This document shows positions 30,377 through 40,441 of a stretch of 64,000 nt of DNA, in pieces. The notes under the pieces were generated by a model. The model was not told the DNA's origin. It saw only the letters and a program-made list of their open reading frames with translations, and did not search any database. Where the stretch lies: contig JACPHT010000001.1 in the NCBI GenBank assembly GCA_016188475.1, forward strand, positions 138-64,137. Reading direction: 5' to 3'. A program made the translations under genes and the position numbers. The number at the start of each line of letters is the position of its first letter. The first letter of the stretch is position 1. The DNA is from Candidatus Uhrbacteria bacterium (GTDB lineage: Bacteria > Patescibacteriota > Patescibacteriia > UBA9934 > GWF2-40-263).

Positions 30377-31267
30377 CTAAAACGGCAAGAACACGGGAGC
30401 GACTTGTAGAGAAACCCCGTCGCTTTTTGCAAGAACGTCTCCGTCCTTATCAGTTCGAAAAATCATAGCGCCAATATCCTTCAATCGCTCAAGAACAATT
30501 GGATGTGGGTGTCCGTATTTATTATCAACACCATCCGAGATGATTGCAAATTCAGGCTTAATGGTTTTCAATAATAAAACGCTCGTTGAGGTTTTGCTTC
30601 CGTGATGTCCAACTTTTAGAACATCAATATCGCCGACTAATTTTGCATAATCATCTTCAACTTCTGTTTGAGCGTCTCCTGTTAACAAAAACGATGAATC
30701 TCCGTAACTCATACGAATAACTATCGAAGTGTTGTTGCGTTCTTTTTCTTTTGCAATCGCATCAAGCGTCGGCCACAGGATGTCCATACGCGCGCCATCA
30801 AATTCAAATGACTTTCCTTGTGTTGTAATTATACGCGACGCGCGTTCCTCATCCATTGCTTTTTCAAGGCCAATTATCATCGGAGTCGATCCGCGAACAC
30901 CTGTCTCGTAAATCGCTTTCACATTATAACGATCAAGAACAGATATAAGACCGGTTATGTGATCAGCGTCTGGATGTGTTACAAAAATTGCGTCGATTGT
31001 TTTGTCCCACGGCCACATAACTGACGAAAGTTTTTGTAAAATCGAGTTGTCTGGTCCTCCGTCAACCAAAATTTGCTGGCCATTTGGAGTTTCAATAAAG
31101 GTCGCATCGCCTTGTCCAATATCAAAAAACCAAACTTTTAAATCCGGTGTTCGTATTCGAGCAAACTGAGACGTGTATGCAAGCAAAAATAAAATAACAA
31201 CTGAAACAAAAATACGAATCAGAAAAAAAATCTTATGTGATAGTTTATGAGGTGTTGCGCGTCGCAT
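30377..31267 (-). CDS. MBL-fold metallo-hydrolase (ComEC C-terminal-domain-like), encoded separately
   Basis: HPDADHITG metallo-beta-lactamase motif with N-terminal TM helix; overlaps the end of the comEC channel gene in another frame. Confidence 0.7.
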   Translation of the reverse strand: MRRATPHKLSHKIFFLIRIFVSVVILFLLAYTSQFARIRTPDLKVWFFDIGQGDATFIETPNGQQILVDGGPDNSILQKLSSVMWPWDKTIDAIFVTHPDADHITGLISVLDRYNVKAIYETGVRGSTPMIIGLEKAMDEERASRIITTQGKSFEFDGARMDILWPTLDAIAKEKERNNTSIVIRMSYGDSSFLLTGDAQTEVEDDYAKLVGDIDVLKVGHHGSKTSTSVLLLKTIKPEFAIISDGVDNKYGHPHPIVLERLKDIGAMIFRTDKDGDVLAKSDGVSLQVAPVFLPF

Positions 31268-32768
31268 GTGAAAATGAGTGACGTTTCGAAAATAAAATTA
31301 TCAAAAGAACAACAGCGATTATTATCGCAATCGTGTGAGAATAAATAATCGGCACAGAAGCAAATTGCGGTGAACCAAAAATTGTCACGAGTCTAAGCAT
31401 GATATACGACAAAGCAACTCCTAAAAGAGAGATAATCTGACCGAGAGGCAAAAAAATAATGCTTGCAACAAGCGCAATCAGTGCAACAGCCATCAGAGAC
31501 GGAACAAATGGAAGAACAATCGCGTTAGCAAGAGGAGCTATGACCGAGACTTGTCCAAAATTCCAAATTAAAATCGGCAATGTAAAAATAATCGCAACAC
31601 AGGATGAAGAAATTGATGTTCTGATTTCAAAAGTGTTTGGAATAAACTCGAACCATTTTTCAACAAGCGGGAATACAAACAACAGCGCAACAGTCGCGAC
31701 AAATGAAAGCTGAAATCCAATATCATCTAGCAATAATCGAGGATTCACAAGAAGCATTACTGTCAAAGTCAAAAGAAGAACATTAACCATGCGTGCTTGT
31801 CGTCCAATCGCAAGTTGAAGAATCAAAAGTCCTGCCATAATTCCAGCGCGAACAACAGCCGGTGTCGCGCCTGCCGCGATGATATAAAAAAGCAAAAACA
31901 CGCTCGCAATGATGAGACCTTTTCGTTTCCCAAGCGGACTCAATAAAAGCCAATGCAAAAGAACAACTGAAAACAATGATACATTCACACCAGACGCGGC
32001 AAGAATATGCGAAAGTCCAGTACGAGAAAAATCATCGCGTAAATTGTCTGAAAGAGAAGCTCCTCCTCCGAAAAGCAATCCTGACACAAACGAGCTGTGC
32101 GGTTCATTAAAAATATATCCCAATCTGTCAATGATTTTTTCTTTGAAAGATAGAATGATTTTTAGCAATCCATTTGACTCTCCGTTTGATACAAAAACAA
32201 ACTGCGGGAATGAACACACGGCAAGAATTCCTCGCGACTGCAAAAGTTTGTCGTATGCAAAACCATTGAACGGTTCTGGTTTTTCCAATCTGCAAGAGAA
32301 CGTGAGTGTATCGCCATACGACACCAGCGGAAAAAGTGGCGCGCGTACAAGAAGTTTTCCGAATACTGATTCGTCAGCAACATTTAATTTTGAAAGAATG
32401 ATTTGCTGACCATTCACCCGACGTTCAACTTCATTGAGAACCCTTCCCCGCACTCGCACTGATATATCAGTTCGATCAGCAACTGTTGCAAGATAGGATG
32501 GGACTTCACTTTGTTGATATCGAAAAATTCCAAAAAAGAAGCTAAAAAGAAGAAGAAAAATGAGACGATTTTTTTTGGAGCGGAGGAAAAAAAAGACAAG
32601 AAGAAAAGGAAGTAACGGAAGAAAGGTCGGAAAGGACCAAAAGGTCGGAAAAGACCAAAAAATCGGAAAGGTATAATAAATCGAAGTTATAAAGATTCCG
32701 ACAACAAAGGCGATCAAAACAACCGCAAGAGTTTTTGAAGGTGATTTTACGATTTGTGAGAATCGCAT
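31245..32768 (-). CDS. comEC: ComEC/Rec2 family competence channel protein
   Basis: 507-aa polytopic protein with DUF4131-like N-terminus and competence domain. Confidence 0.7.
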   Translation of the reverse strand: MRFSQIVKSPSKTLAVVLIAFVVGIFITSIYYTFPIFWSFPTFWSFPTFLPLLPFLLVFFFLRSKKNRLIFLLLFSFFFGIFRYQQSEVPSYLATVADRTDISVRVRGRVLNEVERRVNGQQIILSKLNVADESVFGKLLVRAPLFPLVSYGDTLTFSCRLEKPEPFNGFAYDKLLQSRGILAVCSFPQFVFVSNGESNGLLKIILSFKEKIIDRLGYIFNEPHSSFVSGLLFGGGASLSDNLRDDFSRTGLSHILAASGVNVSLFSVVLLHWLLLSPLGKRKGLIIASVFLLFYIIAAGATPAVVRAGIMAGLLILQLAIGRQARMVNVLLLTLTVMLLVNPRLLLDDIGFQLSFVATVALLFVFPLVEKWFEFIPNTFEIRTSISSSCVAIIFTLPILIWNFGQVSVIAPLANAIVLPFVPSLMAVALIALVASIIFLPLGQIISLLGVALSYIMLRLVTIFGSPQFASVPIIYSHTIAIIIAVVLLIILFSKRHSFSHATRNTS

Positions 32769-34075
32769 AGCCCGACTCCAAAATACGAAAATCCAATACG
32801 TTCAAGATCAAGATCAGCAAGCGCGTTTCGACCATCAAAAATGATCGGTTCTATCATGGAAGACTTGAGTGTTTCAAATGAAACGCCTCGAAACTCTGGC
32901 CATTCAGTTAGAACGATCAACGCCTCTGCGCCAGAAGCGGCATCAATCGGCGTTGTTGTATATACAACAGAGTTTGGTAAAACACGCGCCGCGTTCTGCA
33001 TTGCTTTTGGATCAAACACGGAAACATCAGCACCTGCTCCGACGAGTCGTTGAACAATATCAATCGCGGCTGACTCACGAATATCATCTGTGTCTGGTTT
33101 GAAAGACAATCCCCATACTCCAATCTTCCTTCCTTTGAGCGTGCCGAGAATTGAAACTATTTTTTTAAAAAACAATTCTCGCTGACGATTATTAACTTCA
33201 ATTACAGCGTTGAGCAATCTAAAATCGTAGCCGTTAATACCGGCGTAAGATTTAAGCGCGGCAACATCTTTTGGAAAACATGATCCACCAAAACCGATTC
33301 CTGAACGCAAAAAAAGAGGACCAATTCGTTTGTCCAAACCAACACCGCGAGCGATCTCTCGAACGTCCGCGCCAGTTCTTTCAACAATATTTGCAATTTC
33401 ATTTATGAAAGAAATTTTTGTTGCAAGAAAAGCGTTTGAAGCAACTTTTATAAGTTCGGCCGATTCAATGCTGGTTCGCAAAAATATGCTTTTAATTCCT
33501 TCATGCATTTGCTCAACTGTTCGAAAAGTAATTTCATCATCTGCGCCAATCACAACACGATCTGGCGCAAGAAAATCTTGCAAAGCTGAACCTTCGCGTA
33601 AAAATTCCGGAACAGATGCAACGCGAATCAAGCTTACAAGATCGTCTTTGCCTCGTTTTGTGAGTTCATCGCGGATGATTTTCAAAATATGACGATTGGT
33701 TCCAACAGGAACAGTGCTTTTAACGACAATGAGAGATTCATGATTAAGAAGCCGGCCAATCTGTTCTGCGGCTGAATCAAGATATGTTAGATCTGCTTGA
33801 CCGTTTGTTTTAGGCGGGGTCTGAACTGCGATCATGAGAACTTGCGCCCCATCAATCACACTTTCTAACTCAGTTGTAAAAACAATCTGTCCGCTTTCTT
33901 GCATGGCTTTTAGTTGTTCTTCAAGACCGGGTTCAAAAAAAGGCGTTTGGCCTAAATCAAGCTTTGCAATTTTTGTTGAATCAGTATCAACACACGCAAC
34001 GCGATTCCCAAGACCTGCAAATCCTAAACCAGATGTTAGACCAACATAACCTGTTCCGATCATGACGATGTTCAT
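32747..34075 (-). CDS. ugd: UDP-glucose 6-dehydrogenase / nucleotide-sugar dehydrogenase
   Basis: MNIVMIGTGYVGL Rossmann fold, GGSCFPKD catalytic Cys. Confidence 0.85.
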   Translation of the reverse strand: MNIVMIGTGYVGLTSGLGFAGLGNRVACVDTDSTKIAKLDLGQTPFFEPGLEEQLKAMQESGQIVFTTELESVIDGAQVLMIAVQTPPKTNGQADLTYLDSAAEQIGRLLNHESLIVVKSTVPVGTNRHILKIIRDELTKRGKDDLVSLIRVASVPEFLREGSALQDFLAPDRVVIGADDEITFRTVEQMHEGIKSIFLRTSIESAELIKVASNAFLATKISFINEIANIVERTGADVREIARGVGLDKRIGPLFLRSGIGFGGSCFPKDVAALKSYAGINGYDFRLLNAVIEVNNRQRELFFKKIVSILGTLKGRKIGVWGLSFKPDTDDIRESAAIDIVQRLVGAGADVSVFDPKAMQNAARVLPNSVVYTTTPIDAASGAEALIVLTEWPEFRGVSFETLKSSMIEPIIFDGRNALADLDLERIGFSYFGVGLCDSHKS

Positions 34076-34112
34076 AAAAATTAGAAGCTAGAAGCAAGAA
34101 GAAAGAAGTTGG

Positions 34113-34673
34113 TTATTTACTGCTCCAAATTTTACTTTCTAATTCCATCCTTGAAGGCTGATGATATTTTGCTCGGATGCACTGTACACGAAAGTCTTGT
34201 TCAATCCAACCGAGCTGACCAGAATCAACCAAATCCAATAATTCATCGAGTGTTACCCAACGAATTTGAATTTTTTCTCCGGCGTCAAGATTCTGCTCTT
34301 GCATGGAACTGCAGTCACGCGCCACATAAACAAAAATACTCCAATCCATTTTGTGAGACGGTTCAACTGAATGAAACAAACTCCAATCTTCAGAAACAAA
34401 ACCAGATTCCTCAAGCAGTTCTCTTTTTGCGCCATCAAGCGTCTCTTCGTTTTCTTCAATTCTTCCACCCGGTAAACATAAAAATGGAGGTTTCCCTGGT
34501 TGTTCTTGTTCTTGCAACATTATTTTTCCGTCTTTTGTCGCAATTATCTCGGCAGTGTCAGCCCGTTTTAGCATTTCAAAAGTTTCGATTGTTCCGTCGA
34601 ACATTTCTTGCGGCCATTGATATACATCAAACAAGACCCCCTCAAAAACCCGCTTAGCTTTTTCTGGAATCAT
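34113..34673 (-). CDS. NUDIX hydrolase
   Basis: Nudix box LPGGRIEENEETLDGAKRELLEESGF. Confidence 0.8.
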   Translation of the reverse strand: MIPEKAKRVFEGVLFDVYQWPQEMFDGTIETFEMLKRADTAEIIATKDGKIMLQEQEQPGKPPFLCLPGGRIEENEETLDGAKRELLEESGFVSEDWSLFHSVEPSHKMDWSIFVYVARDCSSMQEQNLDAGEKIQIRWVTLDELLDLVDSGQLGWIEQDFRVQCIRAKYHQPSRMELESKIWSSK

Positions 34674-34675
34674 AA

Positions 34676-37078
34676 TTATTTCACAACAATACTTACGATT
34701 CGTCCCTTCACATAAACAACTTTTTCAACTGTCTTACCTTCCAGATATTTTTTAACTTTTTCGTTTTCGAGAGCCAACTGTTTTGCAATTTTTTCTTCAA
34801 CATCAGGAGAGATTTCTAAAATTCCTCGAACTTTTCCATTCACCTGAACAGCGACCGAAATGATTTCCTCTTTTGCCAGTTCTTGATTGTGTATTGGCCA
34901 ACTTTGTTGTTCAAGAAGTTCTTTTCCACCAAGTTGTTCATGAAGTTCGTTTGACAGATGCGGCGCAAATGGACAGAGTAAGCGCAAAAATATCATAAAA
35001 CTTTCTTTTGAGATCGATCCGTTCTCTTTTGCCGCGTTCACAAAAATCATCATCTGCGAAACAGCTGTGTTGAAATGCATGTGTTCAATATCATCCGTGA
35101 CTTTTTTGATTGTTTGATGAAGTAAACGAGTGATCTTTTCTACTTCCGACTTTTCAGACCTTTCAGACTTTTCAGACCTTGTTGCCACATCTCCAACTTT
35201 CTCCAAAAACCTTCTCATACCAACAAGTCCGTTCATGCTCCACGGAACAGGTTCACCAAATGGACCCATAAACAATTCATACAAACGGACTGAATCAGCT
35301 CCGTACTCACTTACCATTTCATCTGGATTCACAACATTGCCTTTTGACTTCGACATCTTTGTTCCATCTTCTGCCAAAACAAGACCATGGCTTGTTCGCT
35401 TAGCATAAGGTTCGCTCACAGCAACATGTCCGCGATCAAACAAAAACTTATTCCAAAAACGTGAGTACAAAAGATGAAGTGTTGTGTGTTCCATTCCGCC
35501 GTTGTACCAATCAACAGGCATCCAATGTTTTAATTTTTTCTTGTCCGCAAACACTTTTTTATTTTTTGAATCAATGTACCGTAAAAAGTACCAACTTGAT
35601 CCTGCCCAATTTGGCATTGTGTCTGTTTCGCGTTTGGCAGGACCTCCACACTTTGGACATTTTGTATTTACCCAATCATGAATCGCGGCAAGAGGCGACT
35701 CGCCATTTTCTGTTGGTTCGTATTTTTCAACATCAGGCAATTGCACAGGAAGTTGTTTTTCTGGGACCGGAATCCACCCACACGCTTCACAATACACAAG
35801 TGGAATCGGCTCTCCCCAATACCTTTGGCGTGAAAAAACCCAATCACGAAGTTTGTATTGAACAGACTTTTTCCCGCCAGATTTCTCAATCGCTTCATCA
35901 AATGAAATGAGCGATCTGTCAACAATCGGTAGCCCAAACTTTTCAGCAAACTCACAATCTCGCTTGTCATGTTGAGGAACAGCCATCACAGCTCCTGTTC
36001 CATATTCACCCAAAACGTAATCAGCGACCCACACAGAAATTTTTTCTTTGTTTGCCGGATTGATGACAAACACGCCTGTTGGAACTCCTGTTTTTTCTTT
36101 ATTCTCTGCCTCGCGTTCTTTTTTATCTCGCTTGAGCGCTTGTTCAATATATCTTTTAACTTCTTCGCTCGACCTCCAACCATCTGCGATCCATTGTTGA
36201 GCTAACTCCGGAGAAATCACCAAAAACGTCGCGCCTAGAATTGTGTCAGGGCGAGTTGTGAAGACCTCGATCGACTCAACATCAGGAGATTGCTTCGCAG
36301 AGTTTACCATGAGCGAAGACAAATTTAAGCCTTCGACAGGCTCAGGCAATAAATTTGTCGAAGTCGAATGACTCACAATGACAAAACTGATTTTCGCTCC
36401 TTCGCTTTTTCCAATCCAATTTTTTTGTTGCGTTTTTATTTTTTCCAAATAATCAACTGTGTCCAAATCTTCCAACAACCGATCCGCGTATTTTGTGATC
36501 GCGATCATCCATTGCGCTTTTTCACGCTTCTCGGTCGGCCCGCCGCAACGTTCGCATTTTCCATCAACAACTTCTTCATTTGCCAAACCGATCTTGCACG
36601 ACACACACCAATTGATCGGCATCTTTGCTTTGTACGCAAGTCCTTCTTTGAAAAATTCCAAAAACATCCACTGCGTCCATTTGTAATATCCAGGATCGGT
36701 CGTATTCACTTCACGAGACCAATCAAAACTCAAACCAAACGATTGAAGTTGACGCTTGAACGTCGCGATATTTTCCGCTGTAACGTCTTGTGGTTTGCGT
36801 CCTGTTTTGATCGCGTAGTTTTCTGTTGGAAGTCCAAACGCATCCCAACCGATTGGATACAAGACATTGAAACCTTCCATTCTCCGCTTGCGAGCAACAA
36901 CGTCCATTGCCGTATAACTTCTCGGATGGCCCATGTGGAGTCCAGCGCCTGACGGATATGGAAATTCAATCAAACAATAGTACTTTGGTTTTTTTGATTT
37001 ATCTTGCGCTTGAAAAACACCGGCTTGTTCCCAGCGCTTCTGCCACTTTTTTTCAATTTGCTTGTGATTATAAGGCAT
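34676..37078 (-). CDS. leuS: leucyl-tRNA synthetase, carrying an in-frame palindromic-element insertion
   Basis: MPYNHKQIEKKWQKRW start; HMGH and KMSKS class I motifs; ORF track extends to 37105. Confidence 0.95.
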   Translation of the reverse strand: MPYNHKQIEKKWQKRWEQAGVFQAQDKSKKPKYYCLIEFPYPSGAGLHMGHPRSYTAMDVVARKRRMEGFNVLYPIGWDAFGLPTENYAIKTGRKPQDVTAENIATFKRQLQSFGLSFDWSREVNTTDPGYYKWTQWMFLEFFKEGLAYKAKMPINWCVSCKIGLANEEVVDGKCERCGGPTEKREKAQWMIAITKYADRLLEDLDTVDYLEKIKTQQKNWIGKSEGAKISFVIVSHSTSTNLLPEPVEGLNLSSLMVNSAKQSPDVESIEVFTTRPDTILGATFLVISPELAQQWIADGWRSSEEVKRYIEQALKRDKKEREAENKEKTGVPTGVFVINPANKEKISVWVADYVLGEYGTGAVMAVPQHDKRDCEFAEKFGLPIVDRSLISFDEAIEKSGGKKSVQYKLRDWVFSRQRYWGEPIPLVYCEACGWIPVPEKQLPVQLPDVEKYEPTENGESPLAAIHDWVNTKCPKCGGPAKRETDTMPNWAGSSWYFLRYIDSKNKKVFADKKKLKHWMPVDWYNGGMEHTTLHLLYSRFWNKFLFDRGHVAVSEPYAKRTSHGLVLAEDGTKMSKSKGNVVNPDEMVSEYGADSVRLYELFMGPFGEPVPWSMNGLVGMRRFLEKVGDVATRSEKSERSEKSEVEKITRLLHQTIKKVTDDIEHMHFNTAVSQMMIFVNAAKENGSISKESFMIFLRLLCPFAPHLSNELHEQLGGKELLEQQSWPIHNQELAKEEIISVAVQVNGKVRGILEISPDVEEKIAKQLALENEKVKKYLEGKTVEKVVYVKGRIVSIVVK
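36290..36395. repeat. palindromic element inserted in-frame in leuS
   Basis: GATTGCTTCGCAGAGTTTACCATGAGCGAAGACAAATTTAAGCCTTCGACAGGCTCAGGCAATAAATTTGTCGAAGTCGAATGACTC; near-identical copy in trxB; encodes NLLPEPVEGLNLSSLMVNSAKQS in LeuRS. Confidence 0.8.
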
Positions 37079-37094
37079 ACTAAATTTTAGACCT

Positions 37095-37185
37095 TGGTCT
37101 GTCATCCTGAGCCCTTCGACTTCGGTAAAGTTATCGCCTGAGCCTGTCGAAGGCCATAACTTTACCTTCGCTCAGGGTATAAACT
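37095..37185. repeat. palindromic element copies (reverse orientation) upstream of leuS
   Basis: CCTGAGCCCTTCGAC and GGTAAAGTTAT-CGCCTGAGCCTGTCGAAGGCC-ATAACTTTACC. Confidence 0.7.
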
Positions 37186-37352
37186 CCGTGAAGAATCTTT
37201 TGTTTAGAAGATCATTCGCTACGCTCAGAATGACTGAAACGCAATTCATTATTGATCCTATCACGGCGATCATAACAAAAATACGAACCGTTGACAAAAC
37301 CGAATGATTTTGATATCTTAAAAAGCCGTCACACAAAAGAATAGGAGGCAGA

Positions 37353-38177
37353 ATGCTGGACGGATTTGTTCTTTCACATCGGTTGGCCTTGTTTCAACGT
37401 GACCGAGCACGGATTCGGGACAATGTAATTGACAGTCTCTTTCCTGCGATCTGGCAAATGGAAATCTCTCCTATTCCAGAGAATGTCTTCAGAAATTCCC
37501 GCGAAGCCCATTTGCAGGTAATGGGTGTTGAGCTCCACATTGCTGAACTTCTCAACGGATTCGTTGGAAGTCTCACGCCGATCGAGCGGCGATTGTTCGA
37601 GATAGTTCTTCTGCACAGACTCAACTGTCTTTACTCTTGTCTTGGATTACAAAACCCGATCAATCATCGTGCGGTCGTGATAACAGGCACGATGTTTCAA
37701 GACAGACTCGCTCTTCAGCTTCTGGATATGGACGAAAGACAACACGGCTGGATGTTTGTCCAAGGACAGCGAAACAGCAAAATGAGCCACGAATGGACGA
37801 TCCAATTTTCAGGCGCGTGCGCGCTTGCACGAATAATCCAGGCTCTGGGTTGTATTGAAACAGCGAGAGTCTACCTCGCTAATATTCTTGATGATGCTGA
37901 TTTCGGTATTGACCTTTTTGTCTCTCGCGGATCGCGAGATTTCGCAATCAGCGTCAAGTCACAATACACCCCAACCCCCATGACTGTTGCTCATGTTCCA
38001 ATCCGACCACTTCAGGATAATAATGAACGGAATATTTTTGACGGTTCAAGGCTCGCTGGAAGACATTACGACATTCCGTTCATTCCTTTGCTGGCGATCG
38101 TTGGAAGAAACGGAAACCAACCGTTCGATCTAACATTGCACAGAGAAGACGTCGAAGCTCTTCGACGATGGCTCTAA
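37353..38177 (+). CDS. hypothetical protein, GC-rich, with canonical AGGAGG Shine-Dalgarno site
   Basis: 274-aa ORF at about 50% GC; AGGAGG 5 nt upstream of ATG; followed by a perfect intrinsic terminator. Confidence 0.5.
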   Translation: MLDGFVLSHRLALFQRDRARIRDNVIDSLFPAIWQMEISPIPENVFRNSREAHLQVMGVELHIAELLNGFVGSLTPIERRLFEIVLLHRLNCLYSCLGLQNPINHRAVVITGTMFQDRLALQLLDMDERQHGWMFVQGQRNSKMSHEWTIQFSGACALARIIQALGCIETARVYLANILDDADFGIDLFVSRGSRDFAISVKSQYTPTPMTVAHVPIRPLQDNNERNIFDGSRLAGRHYDIPFIPLLAIVGRNGNQPFDLTLHREDVEALRRWL

Positions 38178-38180
38178 ATT

Positions 38181-38212
38181 CCATGACTCACATGGAATTT
38201 TTTTATTTTTAG
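38181..38212 (+). terminator. intrinsic terminator
   Basis: ATTCCATG-actca-CATGGAAT followed by TTTTTTTATTTTT. Confidence 0.7.
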
Positions 38213-38219
38213 GTGGATT

Positions 38220-39440
38220 TTATTTTTGAGCTTTTGCGATTCTCTCAAGCGCCAAAATAAATGCTGAGCGCCGTAAATCAGTTTTCAAATTTTTTGCCTG
38301 ATCAAAAATTTGCAGAGCTTGTTCTTGAATGTTTGTTTTAAGTTTCATAAAAACATCAGCCTCGCTCCAATGTTCGCCTTTGATATTTTGTTCCCATTCG
38401 TAAGTTGAGACTGTTACGCCTCCGGAATTGGCAAGAATATCTGGAATGACTGGAACACCTTTCGCAAACAACACGTCGTCCGCTTCAGGAGTTGTTGGGC
38501 CGTTTGCAAGTTCCAAAACAACTTTCGCTTGAATACGCGCGACATTATCTTCACGGATCTGATTTTCAAGAGCGGCTGGAATTAGAAGATCGCACGGTTC
38601 AAACAACAATTCGCTTCCTTCAAATGTTTCACCTCCAGCAAAGTCTCGCACAGAACCTGACGTTTTTTTGTGTTCAAGAAGCGCTGCAATATCAAGTCCG
38701 TTTTGATTTCGAACTGCTGATTTTGAATCAGATACTGCTACAATTTTGTGTCCGGCTTTCAACCATAATTCTGCCGCGTGTTCTCCTGCATTCCCAAAAC
38801 CTTGAATCACGACTTTGCAGGAATCTGACAAACCAAAATTTAGTCGCAATGCTTCAAACACATAAAACCCGCCTTGCGCTGTTGCTGTGCCGCGTCCTTC
38901 AGACCCTCCAACCTCGAGCGGCTTGCCAGTAATCACAGCTCCGCTTCTGTCACCTGTTATTTTTCCGTATTCGTCAGACATCCAAGCCATAATTTGTGGA
39001 GTTGTGTTTACGTCAGGCGCTGGAACATCTTTTTGAGGACCAACAACATCAGCAAGCGCACGCATCCAAGCGCGTGAAAGTTGTTCAAGTTCTGTAATCG
39101 ACAATTCTTTTGGATTGATTGTCGCGCCGCCTTTTCCTCCGCCCATTGGGATATTGGCAACAGCGCATTTGAGCGTCATCCAAAAAGCGAGCGCTTTGAC
39201 TTCTTCGATATCGGTGTCTTGATGAAATCGAATGCCGCCTTTATATGGCCCACGCCAATTATTATGTTGGACGCGATAAAATTCGACCATCTGCAAAGAA
39301 CCGTCGTCTTTTCGAAGTGGAATATGACCGCGAATTTCGCGATGCGGATATGAAATCTGCTCAATGAACGTTGAATCAAATTGTTTGACAGCTGTCGCGC
39401 GCGTAAGCTGGCGCATTGCATTTTCAAATGGGTTTTGCAT
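38220..39440 (-). CDS. gdhA: NAD(P)-dependent glutamate dehydrogenase
   Basis: GGGKGG catalytic-lysine region and GFGNAG Rossmann motif; 406 aa. Confidence 0.9.
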   Translation of the reverse strand: MQNPFENAMRQLTRATAVKQFDSTFIEQISYPHREIRGHIPLRKDDGSLQMVEFYRVQHNNWRGPYKGGIRFHQDTDIEEVKALAFWMTLKCAVANIPMGGGKGGATINPKELSITELEQLSRAWMRALADVVGPQKDVPAPDVNTTPQIMAWMSDEYGKITGDRSGAVITGKPLEVGGSEGRGTATAQGGFYVFEALRLNFGLSDSCKVVIQGFGNAGEHAAELWLKAGHKIVAVSDSKSAVRNQNGLDIAALLEHKKTSGSVRDFAGGETFEGSELLFEPCDLLIPAALENQIREDNVARIQAKVVLELANGPTTPEADDVLFAKGVPVIPDILANSGGVTVSTYEWEQNIKGEHWSEADVFMKLKTNIQEQALQIFDQAKNLKTDLRRSAFILALERIAKAQK

Positions 39441-39559
39441 AGTGCAGATAGTTTAAGTTTTCTTCAAATAAATTTCAATCTTAGATATGTTGACAAGTTT
39501 GATAAATCATTATAGTTTAAGGCAACCGTTGGTGACAGAACTAAAAAGGAGAAACGAAC

Positions 39560-39772
39560 ATGAAGTTCAGCAATCTCAAGGTCGGCGACTGGTTCGAGTT
39601 CGAAGGTAAAAGATACATCAAGATCGAATCTGCGGTTCGACACAATATCGAATGTCTCGCAGTCAATCTCTCGACAGGCCATATGGCGTTTCCTGCCGCT
39701 GGAACTTCATTCAATATTCACGACGTCGAAGTTGAACCGATTCTCAAGCCCTCATGGGCTGAACGTAAATAG
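39560..39772 (+). CDS. small hypothetical protein
   Basis: 70-aa ORF with AAGGAG 8 nt upstream of ATG and a downstream terminator. Confidence 0.45.
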   Translation: MKFSNLKVGDWFEFEGKRYIKIESAVRHNIECLAVNLSTGHMAFPAAGTSFNIHDVEVEPILKPSWAERK

Positions 39773-39812
39773 GCGAGTTCAACTCTCGCTTGCTCTCAAG
39801 TCACTCTCTCTA

Positions 39813-39840
39813 CACTTGGTTCTCCCAAGTGGTTTTTTTA
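39813..39840 (+). terminator. intrinsic terminator
   Basis: CACTTGG-ttctc-CCAAGTG followed by TTTTTTT. Confidence 0.7.
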
Positions 39841-40236
39841 TTCTGTTGTTTGTCCGTCAAATTCCGCTTCATTTGCAACAGCTTCTTCTTTTGTCGCGCG
39901 AACAATTCCATCTTTGTGATGAGCTGGAGAATAAATTGTGTAAAACTTTAGATCTTCCGTGCTCGATGTATTTATAATGTTGTGTTGAGAACCAGTCGGA
40001 ACGATCACAACAACCCCATCTTTAAGTTCATATTCATTTCCATCAATCACACATTTGCCTTGTCCTTTTTCAAAACGAAAAAATTGATCGTTCTCTGGAT
40101 GAACTTCCATGCCGATTTCTTCATTTGGTTTTAGACTCATCAAAACGAGTTGGCTGTGTTTAGATGTGTACAAAACTTTTCTAAAACTATTATTTTCCAA
40201 AGTTGCGTTTTCGATGTTTGTTGTAAAGCCTTTCAT
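39838..40236 (-). CDS. cupin domain protein
   Basis: Two-His cupin motifs (G.EVHPE...H). Confidence 0.65.
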   Translation of the reverse strand: MKGFTTNIENATLENNSFRKVLYTSKHSQLVLMSLKPNEEIGMEVHPENDQFFRFEKGQGKCVIDGNEYELKDGVVVIVPTGSQHNIINTSSTEDLKFYTIYSPAHHKDGIVRATKEEAVANEAEFDGQTTE

Positions 40237-40246
40237 ATTTTTTTGA

Positions 40247-40435
40247 TTATGATTTTTTCTGAAAAAACTTTATGTAAACGATAGGCAAGATGCCAACAGT
40301 GTTAAGAACCAGAATCGCGATAAACCATTTCAACTGATTATTTCTTCCGGATTTCCACAATGCGATTCCTTTCCAAACCGCTTCCCAAATAGCCAACGGA
40401 ATTAACCAAGCAAGAGTTGAAGTGTCGAATTGCAT
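40247..40435 (-). CDS. small membrane protein
   Basis: 62 aa; two TM helices. Confidence 0.35.
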   Translation of the reverse strand: MQFDTSTLAWLIPLAIWEAVWKGIALWKSGRNNQLKWFIAILVLNTVGILPIVYIKFFQKKS

Positions 40436-40441
40436 ACAAAT

